This document shows positions 9,767-18,589 of a stretch of 46,464 nucleotides of DNA, piece after piece. The stretch is from Candidatus Micrarchaeota archaeon (GTDB taxonomy: Archaea > Micrarchaeota > Micrarchaeia > Micrarchaeales > CABMGC01): NCBI GenBank assembly GCA_028866935.1, contig JAGWHH010000002.1:1-46464 (forward strand), read 5' to 3'. The notes under the pieces were generated by a model. That model had not been told where the DNA came from. It was given only the letters and a program-made list of their open reading frames with translations, and did no database searches. The position numbers and the translations under genes were made by a program. Each line of letters starts with the position of its first letter. The stretch's first letter is position 1.

Positions 9767-11776
9767 TTATTTATATTCTTCAAGAATGTCGACTACCTGC
9801 TGTTTTGTCGGCATAGGCTGCTTTATAAGCGGTCCTTTCTGCAAGGTCATGTCGAGCTGGCTATACGTTGGCCTTTCAACTCTGTAGAACAATCCTATCG
9901 GTATCTTTTCCCAGTTATTCTTTTCAGTCTCTATTGACTTTTCAAGAGCCGAGCTCAGGCTTGTTGAATCATGTCCCGTGCCTTCAAGCTTGTACACCCT
10001 CTGCCTGAACCAGTCGTACGTATTGACGTTGTTGAATGTCACGCACGGGCTGAAAACATCTATCATAGAAAAGCCCCTGTGCTGTATTCCACCCTTAATC
10101 ATCTCTGCCATGTGGTTGGGATCTCCTGAGAATGCCCTGGCAACATATGTCGCTCCTGCAGATATTGCTATGCCAATCGGGTTCTCCGGATTTTCTATTG
10201 ATCCGAAAGGAGTTGATTTTGTCTTTGCGCCAAACAGGCTTGTTGGCGAAGTCTGGCCAGTTGTGAGGCCGTATATCTCATTATTCATTATTATGTATGT
10301 AATATCGACATTCCTTCTTGCGTTGTGGATAAGGTGCCCTACTCCTATTCCATATCCGTCTCCGTCCCCTCCTGCCCCTATCACCGTAAGGTCGTCATTT
10401 GCAAGCTTTACTCCAGCAGCCACTGGAAGCAGCCTTCCGTGAAGGCTGTGCACTCCGTAAGTCCCAAATGGGTGCGGCATCGAAGAGCTGCAGCCTATCC
10501 CTGACACAAGCATGACATTCTCCTTCTCTATGCCCAACTCTGTGAGGGCCTTAAGTATACCAGCCTGCACACCGAAGTCACCGCAATTTCCCGAAGCAGT
10601 AACATTTGTTACGAAAGTATGGTCTGCATCATCCATTGTCAAATCATATACTGGCCCATCATAATCAAACGTCTCTATCGAAGAAATAGGAAGATACACC
10701 CTACCTTCTTTTATTACAGATGACCTCTTTCTTCTAATTGAAGTCCTGCGAAGCGACACCCCTACAATGCCTGCAAGCCTATTATAGTCATCGCAGTCTT
10801 TTACATAGGTTCTGTATGCTTTTCTATGTATTCCATGAGCAGGCTCTGTATAAACTATTGGAACAATATTCTGCCTAAGTAGCAGCATCTTAAGCTGCTC
10901 TGACAGTACTACCGATATCGTGGCGTATCCTGCTTTCGAATCATCGAAATAGCCATCCCCTCTCCACATACCTCTGATTAGGCCTTCCTGTTTTTCTAAC
11001 GGCAGGAACATAAAGTCGTGCGGTATCTGCTTGTTTTGTGCACAGTCACCAAATAACTGCCTTAATATTTCTGCAAGGTAAGATGAATTAAAAACAAGGT
11101 CTATACTATTATTCTCCTTATGTGTATCCTCCGCGCATTCCAATCCAAAAGCATTCGCCATCAGTTTCTTGACGTCAGATATGAACTCTAGTTCATCTGT
11201 GCTGAAACTGAAAATTACCGACCCATTGTGCGTACTGCCCTCTGCAATGTAATAACCAAACAAACGCATAAGATCTTCATTTACACTTAAGGAGGCAGGC
11301 AACTCCTTGCTTCTTGTATCCTTTATCTTTTTAGTATAGACCAAAGGCATACTTTCAATATCTTTAATCTCACTCATCACTGGAAATACTAAGTAATCTC
11401 CTACCTTAAGGTCCTTTGCCTCTATCTTCTCTTCTGTAAAACTGCGATTATGTTCTTTTCTGCCGTTTAACCTTGTCACTGCTACAAATGGGTGCTCTGG
11501 CGTTGCGCTTATTGCACCAAAGCATTTTGCACGTACTTTGTACATGAGGCCTTTATGATGATGCACTATCGTATCTGCGACATGCTTGTATTTGCCCTTA
11601 GCCGTGAGTATCCTATCTCCTACCTTTACATCCTGTATCTGCTTTACTGAAGGGTTTGAGACCACCAGCGTATCTCCAAGAACGCAACCAGGGCACCATA
11701 TCGGTTTTACTCCTGAAGTGAGCACCTGTTTTGGCTTTGCTGCAGGCGATGTCTGCGGTTGATTTGCATCCGGCAT
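9767..11776 (-). CDS. 2-oxoacid:ferredoxin oxidoreductase beta (TPP/Fe-S) subunit, interrupted by an in-frame intein
   Basis: Exteins IWCPG|CGDFGV... GIGCSS ... GGDGDGYGIG (TPP motif) sum to about 302 aa, typical of OFOR beta. A 367-aa insert carries the intein blocks. Confidence 0.85.
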   Translation of the reverse strand: MPDANQPQTSPAAKPKQVLTSGVKPIWCPGCVLGDTLVVSNPSVKQIQDVKVGDRILTAKGKYKHVADTIVHHHKGLMYKVRAKCFGAISATPEHPFVAVTRLNGRKEHNRSFTEEKIEAKDLKVGDYLVFPVMSEIKDIESMPLVYTKKIKDTRSKELPASLSVNEDLMRLFGYYIAEGSTHNGSVIFSFSTDELEFISDVKKLMANAFGLECAEDTHKENNSIDLVFNSSYLAEILRQLFGDCAQNKQIPHDFMFLPLEKQEGLIRGMWRGDGYFDDSKAGYATISVVLSEQLKMLLLRQNIVPIVYTEPAHGIHRKAYRTYVKDCDDYNRLAGIVGVSLRRTSIRRKRSSVIKEGRVYLPISSIETFDYDGPVYDLTMDDADHTFVTNVTASGNCGDFGVQAGILKALTELGIEKENVMLVSGIGCSSSMPHPFGTYGVHSLHGRLLPVAAGVKLANDDLTVIGAGGDGDGYGIGVGHLIHNARRNVDITYIIMNNEIYGLTTGQTSPTSLFGAKTKSTPFGSIENPENPIGIAISAGATYVARAFSGDPNHMAEMIKGGIQHRGFSMIDVFSPCVTFNNVNTYDWFRQRVYKLEGTGHDSTSLSSALEKSIETEKNNWEKIPIGLFYRVERPTYSQLDMTLQKGPLIKQPMPTKQQVVDILEEYK
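10586..11686 (-). mobile_element. intein with LAGLIDADG homing-endonuclease domain (367 aa, residues 31-397 of the precursor)
   Basis: Block A CVLGDTLVV, block B TPEHPF, LAGLIDADG motifs LFGYYIAEGS and LIRGMWRGDGYF, block F VYDLTMDDADHTFV, C-terminal ...ASGN followed by +1 Cys (CGDFGV). Confidence 0.8.
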
Positions 11777-11780
11777 AGTA

Positions 11781-13514
11781 TCATTGTTTTATTAGTTTAA
11801 TAGCGCTGTTTGCAATGTCCTGTCCTGTGAAGGCCTCTCCGTCGTACTTCAGGATAGAACTTTTTATCTCGATCCCGGTCTCCATCCTTATTACCTTGGC
11901 AAGCTGCCCGGTGTAGTTGCCTTCAACATTTATCAGCTTCTTGCCCTCAAGCATCTTCCTTGTCCTGTCCTTGTCAAGCGGCAGAAGGTAGCTGAACGAT
12001 ATGAGCCCGAAGTTCTTTCCCTGCGCCTTGAGTATGTCTATTGCCTCAGAAGCAGGCTGCGTGGTCGAACCGAAAGTCACGAAGAAATAATCGGCATTCT
12101 CGTTTAATACCTCAGGCACGAATACAGGCTCATTCTTCAGCATTGTATCTATCTTCCTCATTCTCTTCTCGTGCATCTTGCTCCTCATATCTATTGCCCA
12201 GTCAAGCCCCGCGTACATGTCTGTTACAAGATCCCCAAACTCATTATGTTCGTCGCTTCCGGCAACGAATTCCATTCCCTTTGAACCAGGAATCGACCTC
12301 GGCGAGACCCCATCATCAGTAAGCAGATACCTCTTGAATCTTCCGCCATCATTATTCTCTGTTGCTATCTTCCCTCTGTCTATCGTCACTCCATCAACAT
12401 CAAAAGCCTCTACCGTTTCAACGCGCTCAGAGAGGTAAAGATCCATCATTATTATTACCGGGACCTGGTATCTGTCTGCAAGGTTGAACGCTTCTGCGGC
12501 AATTCTAAAGCTCTCCTCTATGCTCCTTGGCGCGACAACTATCCTTGGAAATTCTCCCTGAGACGCGTGCATTACAAAAAGTATGTCTCCCTGCTCTGTT
12601 TTTGTAGGAACTCCTGTGCTAGGCCCTGATCTTTGCGATTCGACTACAACTAGCGGCGTCTCAAGCATCCCTGCAAGCCCAAGTCCCTCAACCATGAGCG
12701 AGAAACCTCCGCCGCTGGTTCCGCACATTGCACGCGCTCCTGCCGCAGATGCGCCTATTGCCATGTTTATCGCAGCGATCTCGTCCTCCACCTGTTTTGG
12801 CATCACTCCTTTGTTCTCATGCGAAGCAAACCAGTGCAGTATGCTGCTTGCAGGAGTCATAGGATATGCAGAATAGAACTTGCATCCTGCTGCATAGGCA
12901 CCTACTGCGAGCGCAGTGTTCCCGTCAAGCACATACCGTTGCTTTCCATCTCCCTTAAGGGCGTAGAGCGTTTCAACTCCCTGATAACTATAACCACCAG
13001 TTGCAGCTTTCATGTTCTGGTTTACTACCTCTTCTCCCTTCCTTCCAAACTGCGACTTAAGCACATCATTGAACCTTGCAATGTCTATGCCTATGAACTT
13101 TAGCACGGCCCCCAGTGCAACAGTGTTTCTCATTATTGGATCTCCACTTGCAGATATTGCTATGTCAAGAAGTGGTATTGGCACAAGACGGTACTTGCTT
13201 GCATCTAGCTCCGCAACTTTAACTTTTGATGGATCGTATATCACTACTGCTTTATCGTTTAGGTGGCTCTTTTGGTTAACTATTGAATCCTGGTTGAGCG
13301 CTATCAGTATGTCTATTCCTTCACCGTAGCTCTTAAGATCAGAATCAGCTATCCTTACTTGGTACCAGCAGTGTCCGCCTCTTATTATCGAGCCGTATCC
13401 TCTGTATGCAAATACGCGCAAGCCTATCCTTGAAGCTACCTTTATCAAAAGAGCGCCGCTAGATTCCACTCCGTCACCGTGGGCTCCTGCAATCCTTATA
13501 GAAACGCTATTCAT
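11781..13514 (-). CDS. 2-oxoacid:ferredoxin oxidoreductase alpha subunit (fused gamma-alpha domains)
   Basis: 577 aa. N-terminal gamma-like domain (IAGAHGDGVESSG) then GNTALAVGAYAAGCKFYSAYPMTPAS. Lies 4 nt upstream of the beta subunit. Confidence 0.85.
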   Translation of the reverse strand: MNSVSIRIAGAHGDGVESSGALLIKVASRIGLRVFAYRGYGSIIRGGHCWYQVRIADSDLKSYGEGIDILIALNQDSIVNQKSHLNDKAVVIYDPSKVKVAELDASKYRLVPIPLLDIAISASGDPIMRNTVALGAVLKFIGIDIARFNDVLKSQFGRKGEEVVNQNMKAATGGYSYQGVETLYALKGDGKQRYVLDGNTALAVGAYAAGCKFYSAYPMTPASSILHWFASHENKGVMPKQVEDEIAAINMAIGASAAGARAMCGTSGGGFSLMVEGLGLAGMLETPLVVVESQRSGPSTGVPTKTEQGDILFVMHASQGEFPRIVVAPRSIEESFRIAAEAFNLADRYQVPVIIMMDLYLSERVETVEAFDVDGVTIDRGKIATENNDGGRFKRYLLTDDGVSPRSIPGSKGMEFVAGSDEHNEFGDLVTDMYAGLDWAIDMRSKMHEKRMRKIDTMLKNEPVFVPEVLNENADYFFVTFGSTTQPASEAIDILKAQGKNFGLISFSYLLPLDKDRTRKMLEGKKLINVEGNYTGQLAKVIRMETGIEIKSSILKYDGEAFTGQDIANSAIKLIKQ

Positions 13515-13718
13515 TTTAACACGAAATCTCTTTCGTACTGGTCAAAATTTTTTACAAACCAATCTTTTGCATGCATCTTTATAATACCAATCATGTGCCT
13601 ATGTGGTTTGACGTTCATTATTTTTCCTGCAATTCTTCTAGTCTAAGTATGAGGTAGCGGTCTTCAATTTAAATAGAGCGTAGTGTAGTACGGCAATCAA
13701 CAAAGTCCTGTGATATCC

Positions 13719-13728
13719 TTTATTATAA
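13719..13728 (+). promoter_or_regulatory. TATA-box-like element for HMG-CoA reductase (probably a leaderless mRNA)
   Basis: tttattataa is centred about 26 nt upstream of the ATG at 13750. Confidence 0.4.
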
Positions 13729-13749
13729 TGAAGCACGGTGATTCTTATC

Positions 13750-15009
13750 ATGTCTAAATCAGATAGCAACAGCACAAGCTTAAGCAATGAAGAGATACTA
13801 AAGAAGATAGCAAATAAGGAGATGCCAATATATCAGATAGAGAATTTCACTGATCCTGACAGCGCAGTAAAGATAAGGCGCAGTGTCATCGAGCAGCATT
13901 CAAAGGTAAAGCTCGAGCATATAGGAACAACAGCCTTCGATTACGCAAGGATAATGGGAAGGAACGCAGAGAATGTAATAGGCACTGTAAGCATTCCTCT
14001 TGGGGTTGCCGGTCCGCTTAAGATAAACGGAGAGTTTGCAAAAGATGAATTTTATGTCCCAATGGCCACTACAGAAGGTGCGCTTATAGCAAGCGTAAGC
14101 AGAGGGGCAAAGGCAGCAAATAAAAGCGGCGGAGTTACAGTAAGGATTATTGAAGACGGCATGACAAGGGGCCCAGTCTTCTCCTTCGACTCAATTATCG
14201 ATGTTCAACGGTTCCTGAAGTGGCTCCCTGAAAATTATGAAAAGATAAGGGGCGCAGCAGAGGAAACTACAGATCATGGCAAGCTTAAGAGCATAAAGCC
14301 TCTTGTAAACGGCAACGATGTATTTCTCAGGTTCAAGTACAGCACCGGAGATGCCATGGGGATGAACATGGTGACAGTCGCAACAGAAGCGGCATGCACC
14401 TATATAGAGAAAAATTTCAAAGGAGCCAGGCTTATAGCCGTTAGCGGCAACGTCTGTTCAGACAAGAAGCAGTCCCATATGAACAGTATAGAAGGAAGAG
14501 GCAAGACTGCAATAGCCGAAGCAACAATAAAGGAGAGTGTCCTAAACGAGGTATTCAACGCAACCGCAGAAGCGGTCAATGAAGTAAACTACGTAAAGAA
14601 TTGGATAGGCAGCGCAAGGGCAGGCAGCGCAATACAGTTCAATTCCCATTTTGCCAATATAGTAGCCGCAGTATTCCTTGCAACAGGCCAGGATCCGGCG
14701 CAGGTAGTAGAAAGCAGCAGCGGATATACTACTACAAAAGTGAGGGGAAAGGATCTTTACATAACTGTTACGCTTCCATCACTTGAAGTCGGAACAATAG
14801 GAGGAGGTACAGGCCTTGCAACCCAAAGGGAATCATTGACCATACTGGGAGCCGCAGGCCCAGGCAGCGCTGACGGAGAGAATTCAAAGAAGCTTGCAGA
14901 GATAATAGCAGCCACAGTACTATGTGGCGAACTTAATCTACTATCAGCTCTTGCAGGCAGGGAACTAGGCAAGGCCCACCAAAAGCTGGGCAGAAATAAA
15001 GTGGATTGA
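13750..15009 (+). CDS. hmgA: hydroxymethylglutaryl-CoA reductase (class I)
   Basis: EGALIASVSRGAKA, DAMGMNMV and GTIGGGT motifs. ATG at 13750 is preferred over the track's GTG at 13738. Confidence 0.9.
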   Translation: MSKSDSNSTSLSNEEILKKIANKEMPIYQIENFTDPDSAVKIRRSVIEQHSKVKLEHIGTTAFDYARIMGRNAENVIGTVSIPLGVAGPLKINGEFAKDEFYVPMATTEGALIASVSRGAKAANKSGGVTVRIIEDGMTRGPVFSFDSIIDVQRFLKWLPENYEKIRGAAEETTDHGKLKSIKPLVNGNDVFLRFKYSTGDAMGMNMVTVATEAACTYIEKNFKGARLIAVSGNVCSDKKQSHMNSIEGRGKTAIAEATIKESVLNEVFNATAEAVNEVNYVKNWIGSARAGSAIQFNSHFANIVAAVFLATGQDPAQVVESSSGYTTTKVRGKDLYITVTLPSLEVGTIGGGTGLATQRESLTILGAAGPGSADGENSKKLAEIIAATVLCGELNLLSALAGRELGKAHQKLGRNKVD

Positions 15010-15097
15010 GCAGTACAGAATAACAGATCTTTACAAAGTTTTGTACCGGACAATCCGGTTTAAATATGGGATTAATCAAATCTAAACTGATGATGCT

Positions 15098-15706
15098 ATG
15101 ATGAAGACAGCGTATGCTCTACAAAGGGAAAAAGTAGTTCAAGTATTCTTATCGGACAAAGGCGTACTTGCTTCAGAAGCTCATAGCGTAATACCAAAGG
15201 GATACAGGCAGGCAACCTTAGAGGAAGTCGCACTCGGATACAGGCATGACCATGGCTTCAGGCAGGAATTATATGATAAAGGATGGGCTTGGACATCGCA
15301 GGAAGGGCTCCAAAGCTCAGGGTCCCATGAATTGCACGATGATGGCTCATTTTCAAAGATAGACAGAGATACTTTCTATTCACTCCCTCAAGAAAAGAGA
15401 TCATATCATGGTCCTGGACCTGGCTATGTGACCGTGGGCGTCGGCTCCAGCGAGAGGCTCAGGAGATTGATCGTGAGTGCTGACTTCGAAGCTTCGGTTG
15501 TTGCTCTGGTGGCGTATGTGAAAGCTGGGCCAAGCCAAGCAGACCACAGCCCTACAGAAGATAGTAAAACTGTAAAAGTTGCTGATTTAAACGAGCTAAG
15601 TAGAACTGCAGCAAACGTTGAAAAGATCCTGCCCAGCCTTACCCCACATACTAAAAGCCAGATATCCTCACATCTAACTGCTGTAAAGAGAGTCCTTGAC
15701 AGTTAA
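15098..15706 (+). CDS. hypothetical protein, member A of a 4-copy paralogous family in this window
   Basis: Shares KGWAWTS and RSYHGPGPGYVTVGV...RLRRLIVSADFEASVVALVAYVK blocks with 21426..21908(-), 29419..30000 and 44784..45449. Confidence 0.6.
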   Translation: MMKTAYALQREKVVQVFLSDKGVLASEAHSVIPKGYRQATLEEVALGYRHDHGFRQELYDKGWAWTSQEGLQSSGSHELHDDGSFSKIDRDTFYSLPQEKRSYHGPGPGYVTVGVGSSERLRRLIVSADFEASVVALVAYVKAGPSQADHSPTEDSKTVKVADLNELSRTAANVEKILPSLTPHTKSQISSHLTAVKRVLDS

Positions 15707-15745
15707 AGTGACGTCTTTTTCTAACTCCGCCACTATCGCGATAGG

Positions 15746-15755
15746 CTTATAAATC
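15746..15755 (+). promoter_or_regulatory. TATA-box-like element upstream of the ribosomal protein operon
   Basis: cttataaatc lies in the intergenic gap upstream of uL3. Confidence 0.35.
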
Positions 15756-15824
15756 TATACAAAATAATAGTATCTACTCTCTTTCCTTTTGGATTTTAGA
15801 GTTGCTAACCACGAGCATGAAAAC

Positions 15825-16793
15825 ATGACTGGAATGCGCAAAGGATCAATGGAATATTGGCCACATAGGCGCGCCAAGAAGCAGATGCCTAGAGTCAGGA
15901 CATGGCCTACTATAGCAGAGCAGGGATTTGAGGGAGGAGTTGCAGTAAAGGCGGGGATGACACACATAATGATGGTTGATGACAGCGATTCTCCATCAAA
16001 AGGCACAGAGGTATCCAGAGCAGTTACAGTCCTTGAAATACCAAAAATGTTTATCTACGGAATAAGGTTCTACAAAAACAAGTATCTTTACAAAGAGCCG
16101 GCATCAGAAGCGTACGACGAGAATCTTGGAAAGAAGGTAGGAATCAACAAATCAAGCCACAAGCTTGCTGACCTAAAAGGAAAACTTAACGAATTCAATG
16201 ACGTAACTGCGCTCGCATTTGTTGACCCATCAAATCTTGGATTCGGCAACAAGCATGTAATGCGATTTGAGTTGCATGTTGGGGGCAAGGACGTAAAGGA
16301 AAAAGCAGATTTTGTAGAGAAGTGGCTTGGAAAGGAAATAAAGATAAGCGATGTAGTCGGAGTGGGCGACTATATAGATACCATTTCAATATCTAAAGGC
16401 AAGGGCTGGGCAGGGGTAATAAAGAGATTCAAAGTTTCAAGAGGCTACAGAAAGGCAACAAATAAGATAAGGCACGTAGGAGTACTCGGTCCTTGGCATC
16501 CGGCAAAGGTAATGTTCACCGTTCCCCATTCAGGACATATGGGATACAATTACAGGCTTGAAATGAACAAGCGCATACTTAAGATGGGAACTGATAAGGA
16601 TGCCAATGCGGTTAATGCTAAGGGCGGATTCATTAATTACGGCGTAATAAAGAATGACTATATAATGCTTGACGGATCAATACCTGGGCCAGCAAAGAGG
16701 CTGATACGGTTCAGGAAGGCTCTTAGGAGCAGCGCTCCTAAGAAGGCCCCACAGATAAATTACATTTCTATAGCCTCAAAGCAGGGTGCATGA
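15825..16793 (+). CDS. rpl3: 50S ribosomal protein uL3
   Basis: ...MRKGSMEYWPHRRAKK and the rest are typical of archaeal L3. The track ORF starts at TTG 15789; the ATGs at 15825 and 15834 are more likely starts. Confidence 0.9.
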   Translation: MTGMRKGSMEYWPHRRAKKQMPRVRTWPTIAEQGFEGGVAVKAGMTHIMMVDDSDSPSKGTEVSRAVTVLEIPKMFIYGIRFYKNKYLYKEPASEAYDENLGKKVGINKSSHKLADLKGKLNEFNDVTALAFVDPSNLGFGNKHVMRFELHVGGKDVKEKADFVEKWLGKEIKISDVVGVGDYIDTISISKGKGWAGVIKRFKVSRGYRKATNKIRHVGVLGPWHPAKVMFTVPHSGHMGYNYRLEMNKRILKMGTDKDANAVNAKGGFINYGVIKNDYIMLDGSIPGPAKRLIRFRKALRSSAPKKAPQINYISIASKQGA

Positions 16794-16796
16794 TAA

Positions 16797-17603
16797 ATGG
16801 ACGTTTATGGACTTGATGGAAAGGTTGCAAGGAGCATAACCCTACCATCGGTATTTTCAGGAGAGTTCAGGCAAGACTTGGTAAGGAGGGCGCTCCTTGC
16901 AGAGCAATCCCTTAACTATCAACCACAAGGGCACTCGGTAGTGGCAGGGTTCCAGACCACCGCAGTATACATCGGAAGCTACGATGCCTCATACAGGAGG
17001 GGAAGGCACATGGGTCAGGCAATAAGGCCAAGGCAGAAGCTCGGAGGCGGTGCGCAGGGAGATGTAAGAAGGATTCCATCTGCAGTAAAGGGACACCGCG
17101 CCCATCCGCACAAGATAGAGCGGATAATCGAAGAGCAGATAAACAACAAGGAGTATGCAAAGGCACTGCGCTCAGCTATAGGCGGATGCTCGCATGCAGA
17201 ATTCATAAAGCAAAGGCACACTTATGATGGCAATACATTTCCTATAATTGTAGATGACAAGCTGGAAGGCATTGCAAAGACAAAGGACCTGATTGTAATA
17301 CTTAAGGCACTAGGCATATCAAAGGATCTTGAAAGGTCACACAAGCCAAAGCTCAGGCGCGGGCTGAAGAGGTCTGCCAAATCAAGGCATTTCAGGAACA
17401 GCGTACTCATAGTTTCAAAATCAGCAGACAAGATATCAAAGGCAGGAAGGAACATTCCAGGAGTTGATGTCACTAGCATAAACGATCTTACGGTACAACG
17501 GCTTGCTCCAGGAGGAACGCCGCGCCTCACAATATGGACGGAAAGCGCTGCAACATCTGTAGAATCTGCAATAACGGCGCAATCAGTGAGAACAAGGAGA
17601 TAA
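16797..17603 (+). CDS. rpl4: 50S ribosomal protein uL4
   Basis: Archaeal L4-like sequence in the conserved position after L3. Confidence 0.9.
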   Translation: MDVYGLDGKVARSITLPSVFSGEFRQDLVRRALLAEQSLNYQPQGHSVVAGFQTTAVYIGSYDASYRRGRHMGQAIRPRQKLGGGAQGDVRRIPSAVKGHRAHPHKIERIIEEQINNKEYAKALRSAIGGCSHAEFIKQRHTYDGNTFPIIVDDKLEGIAKTKDLIVILKALGISKDLERSHKPKLRRGLKRSAKSRHFRNSVLIVSKSADKISKAGRNIPGVDVTSINDLTVQRLAPGGTPRLTIWTESAATSVESAITAQSVRTRR

Positions 17604-17605
17604 TT

Positions 17606-17857
17606 ATGGCAGTTTTACTTCACCCACTTGCTACTGAGAAAGCATTAAATATGGTAGACAGGAATAACATAATATCCTACGTAGTTGACTACAGGTCAAC
17701 AAAGACAGAAATAAAGAAGGAATTCGAAGAGACTTTCGCAGTCAAGGTAGCGCAGGTAAATACTTCAATGTCAATAAAGAACGTAAAGAAGGCATTCATA
17801 AAATTGAAGCCTGAGTTCAAGGCAACAGATGTTGCAAGGAAACTCAAGCTAGTATAA
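17606..17857 (+). CDS. rpl23: 50S ribosomal protein uL23
   Basis: The ATG at 17606 gives MAVLLHPLATEKALN..., typical of L23. The upstream part of the track ORF overlaps uL4. Confidence 0.9.
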   Translation: MAVLLHPLATEKALNMVDRNNIISYVVDYRSTKTEIKKEFEETFAVKVAQVNTSMSIKNVKKAFIKLKPEFKATDVARKLKLV

Positions 17858-17867
17858 AGGTGTACCC

Positions 17868-18587
17868 ATGGGAAAGCGTCTAAAAATGCAAAGAAGAGGA
17901 AAGGGCTCTAACGCCTACAGGAAGCCTCCAAACACATTCAAGGCTGACGTTACTTTCAGGGGGAAGCAGATTGAAGGAAGGTCATATGCAGAAGTAGTAA
18001 GGTTTGTTGATGACCCAGGCCATACCGGTCCACTCATGGTAGTCAAGTATGACGATTTCACAGAAAATACCCTTCTTGCGCCCGAAGGAATAAAGATCGG
18101 GGACAGGATAGAGGAGGGCAAGCAGGCAAGCGTAACGTTGGGAAGCATACTGCCTCTGCGCTCTATACCTGACGGAATGCTTGTATACAATATAGAAATG
18201 CGACCTGGAGACGGCGGAAAGGTCGCAAGGGTTGCAGGAAGCTATGCAACGATAAAGTCGCATATAGGGGACACAGTAAGCGTATTCCTTCCATCAAAGA
18301 AGTCAGTTGATCTTTCAGGAGAGTGCAGGGCGGAAATTGGCGCAGTCGCAGGAGGCGGTATCAACGCGCAGCCGCTCATGAAGGCAGGCAAGGCCCATTA
18401 TATCTGGCATGCAACAAACGCAAAGTGGCCAAAGAACAGGGGAGTCAAGTCAAACCCAGTGGACCATCCATTCGGAGGAAAGCAGCACCACAAGGGCAAG
18501 AGCAGCATGACGTCAAGGAATGCGCCTCCAGGAAGAAAGGTAGGACACATAGCTGCAAGAAGGGTAGGAAGGAGGAAGAGTGGCTGA
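17868..18587 (+). CDS. rpl2: 50S ribosomal protein uL2
   Basis: The PFGGKQHHKGKSS...GRK C-terminus and overall sequence are typical of L2. Confidence 0.95.
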   Translation: MGKRLKMQRRGKGSNAYRKPPNTFKADVTFRGKQIEGRSYAEVVRFVDDPGHTGPLMVVKYDDFTENTLLAPEGIKIGDRIEEGKQASVTLGSILPLRSIPDGMLVYNIEMRPGDGGKVARVAGSYATIKSHIGDTVSVFLPSKKSVDLSGECRAEIGAVAGGGINAQPLMKAGKAHYIWHATNAKWPKNRGVKSNPVDHPFGGKQHHKGKSSMTSRNAPPGRKVGHIAARRVGRRKSG

Positions 18588-18589
18588 TT

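Noticed and set aside
7559-9937. Numerous 60-150-aa ORFs antisense to, or out of frame with, the thiolase, HMG-CoA synthase and OFOR genes (e.g. 7559..7807, 8336..8569, 9056..9517, 9566..9937, 9978..10442, 12041..13329)
   Set aside because: They lie entirely inside long ORFs with unmistakable enzyme motifs. Their composition is low-complexity (Ser/Pro/Cys/Leu-rich), typical of shadow frames.
18323-18589. Upstream extension of the uS19 ORF (the track gives 219 aa) and similar extensions for uL23 (17534) and uS3 (19610)
   Set aside because: The extensions overlap the preceding ribosomal protein genes in another frame. Internal ATGs give canonical N-termini directly after the upstream stop codons.
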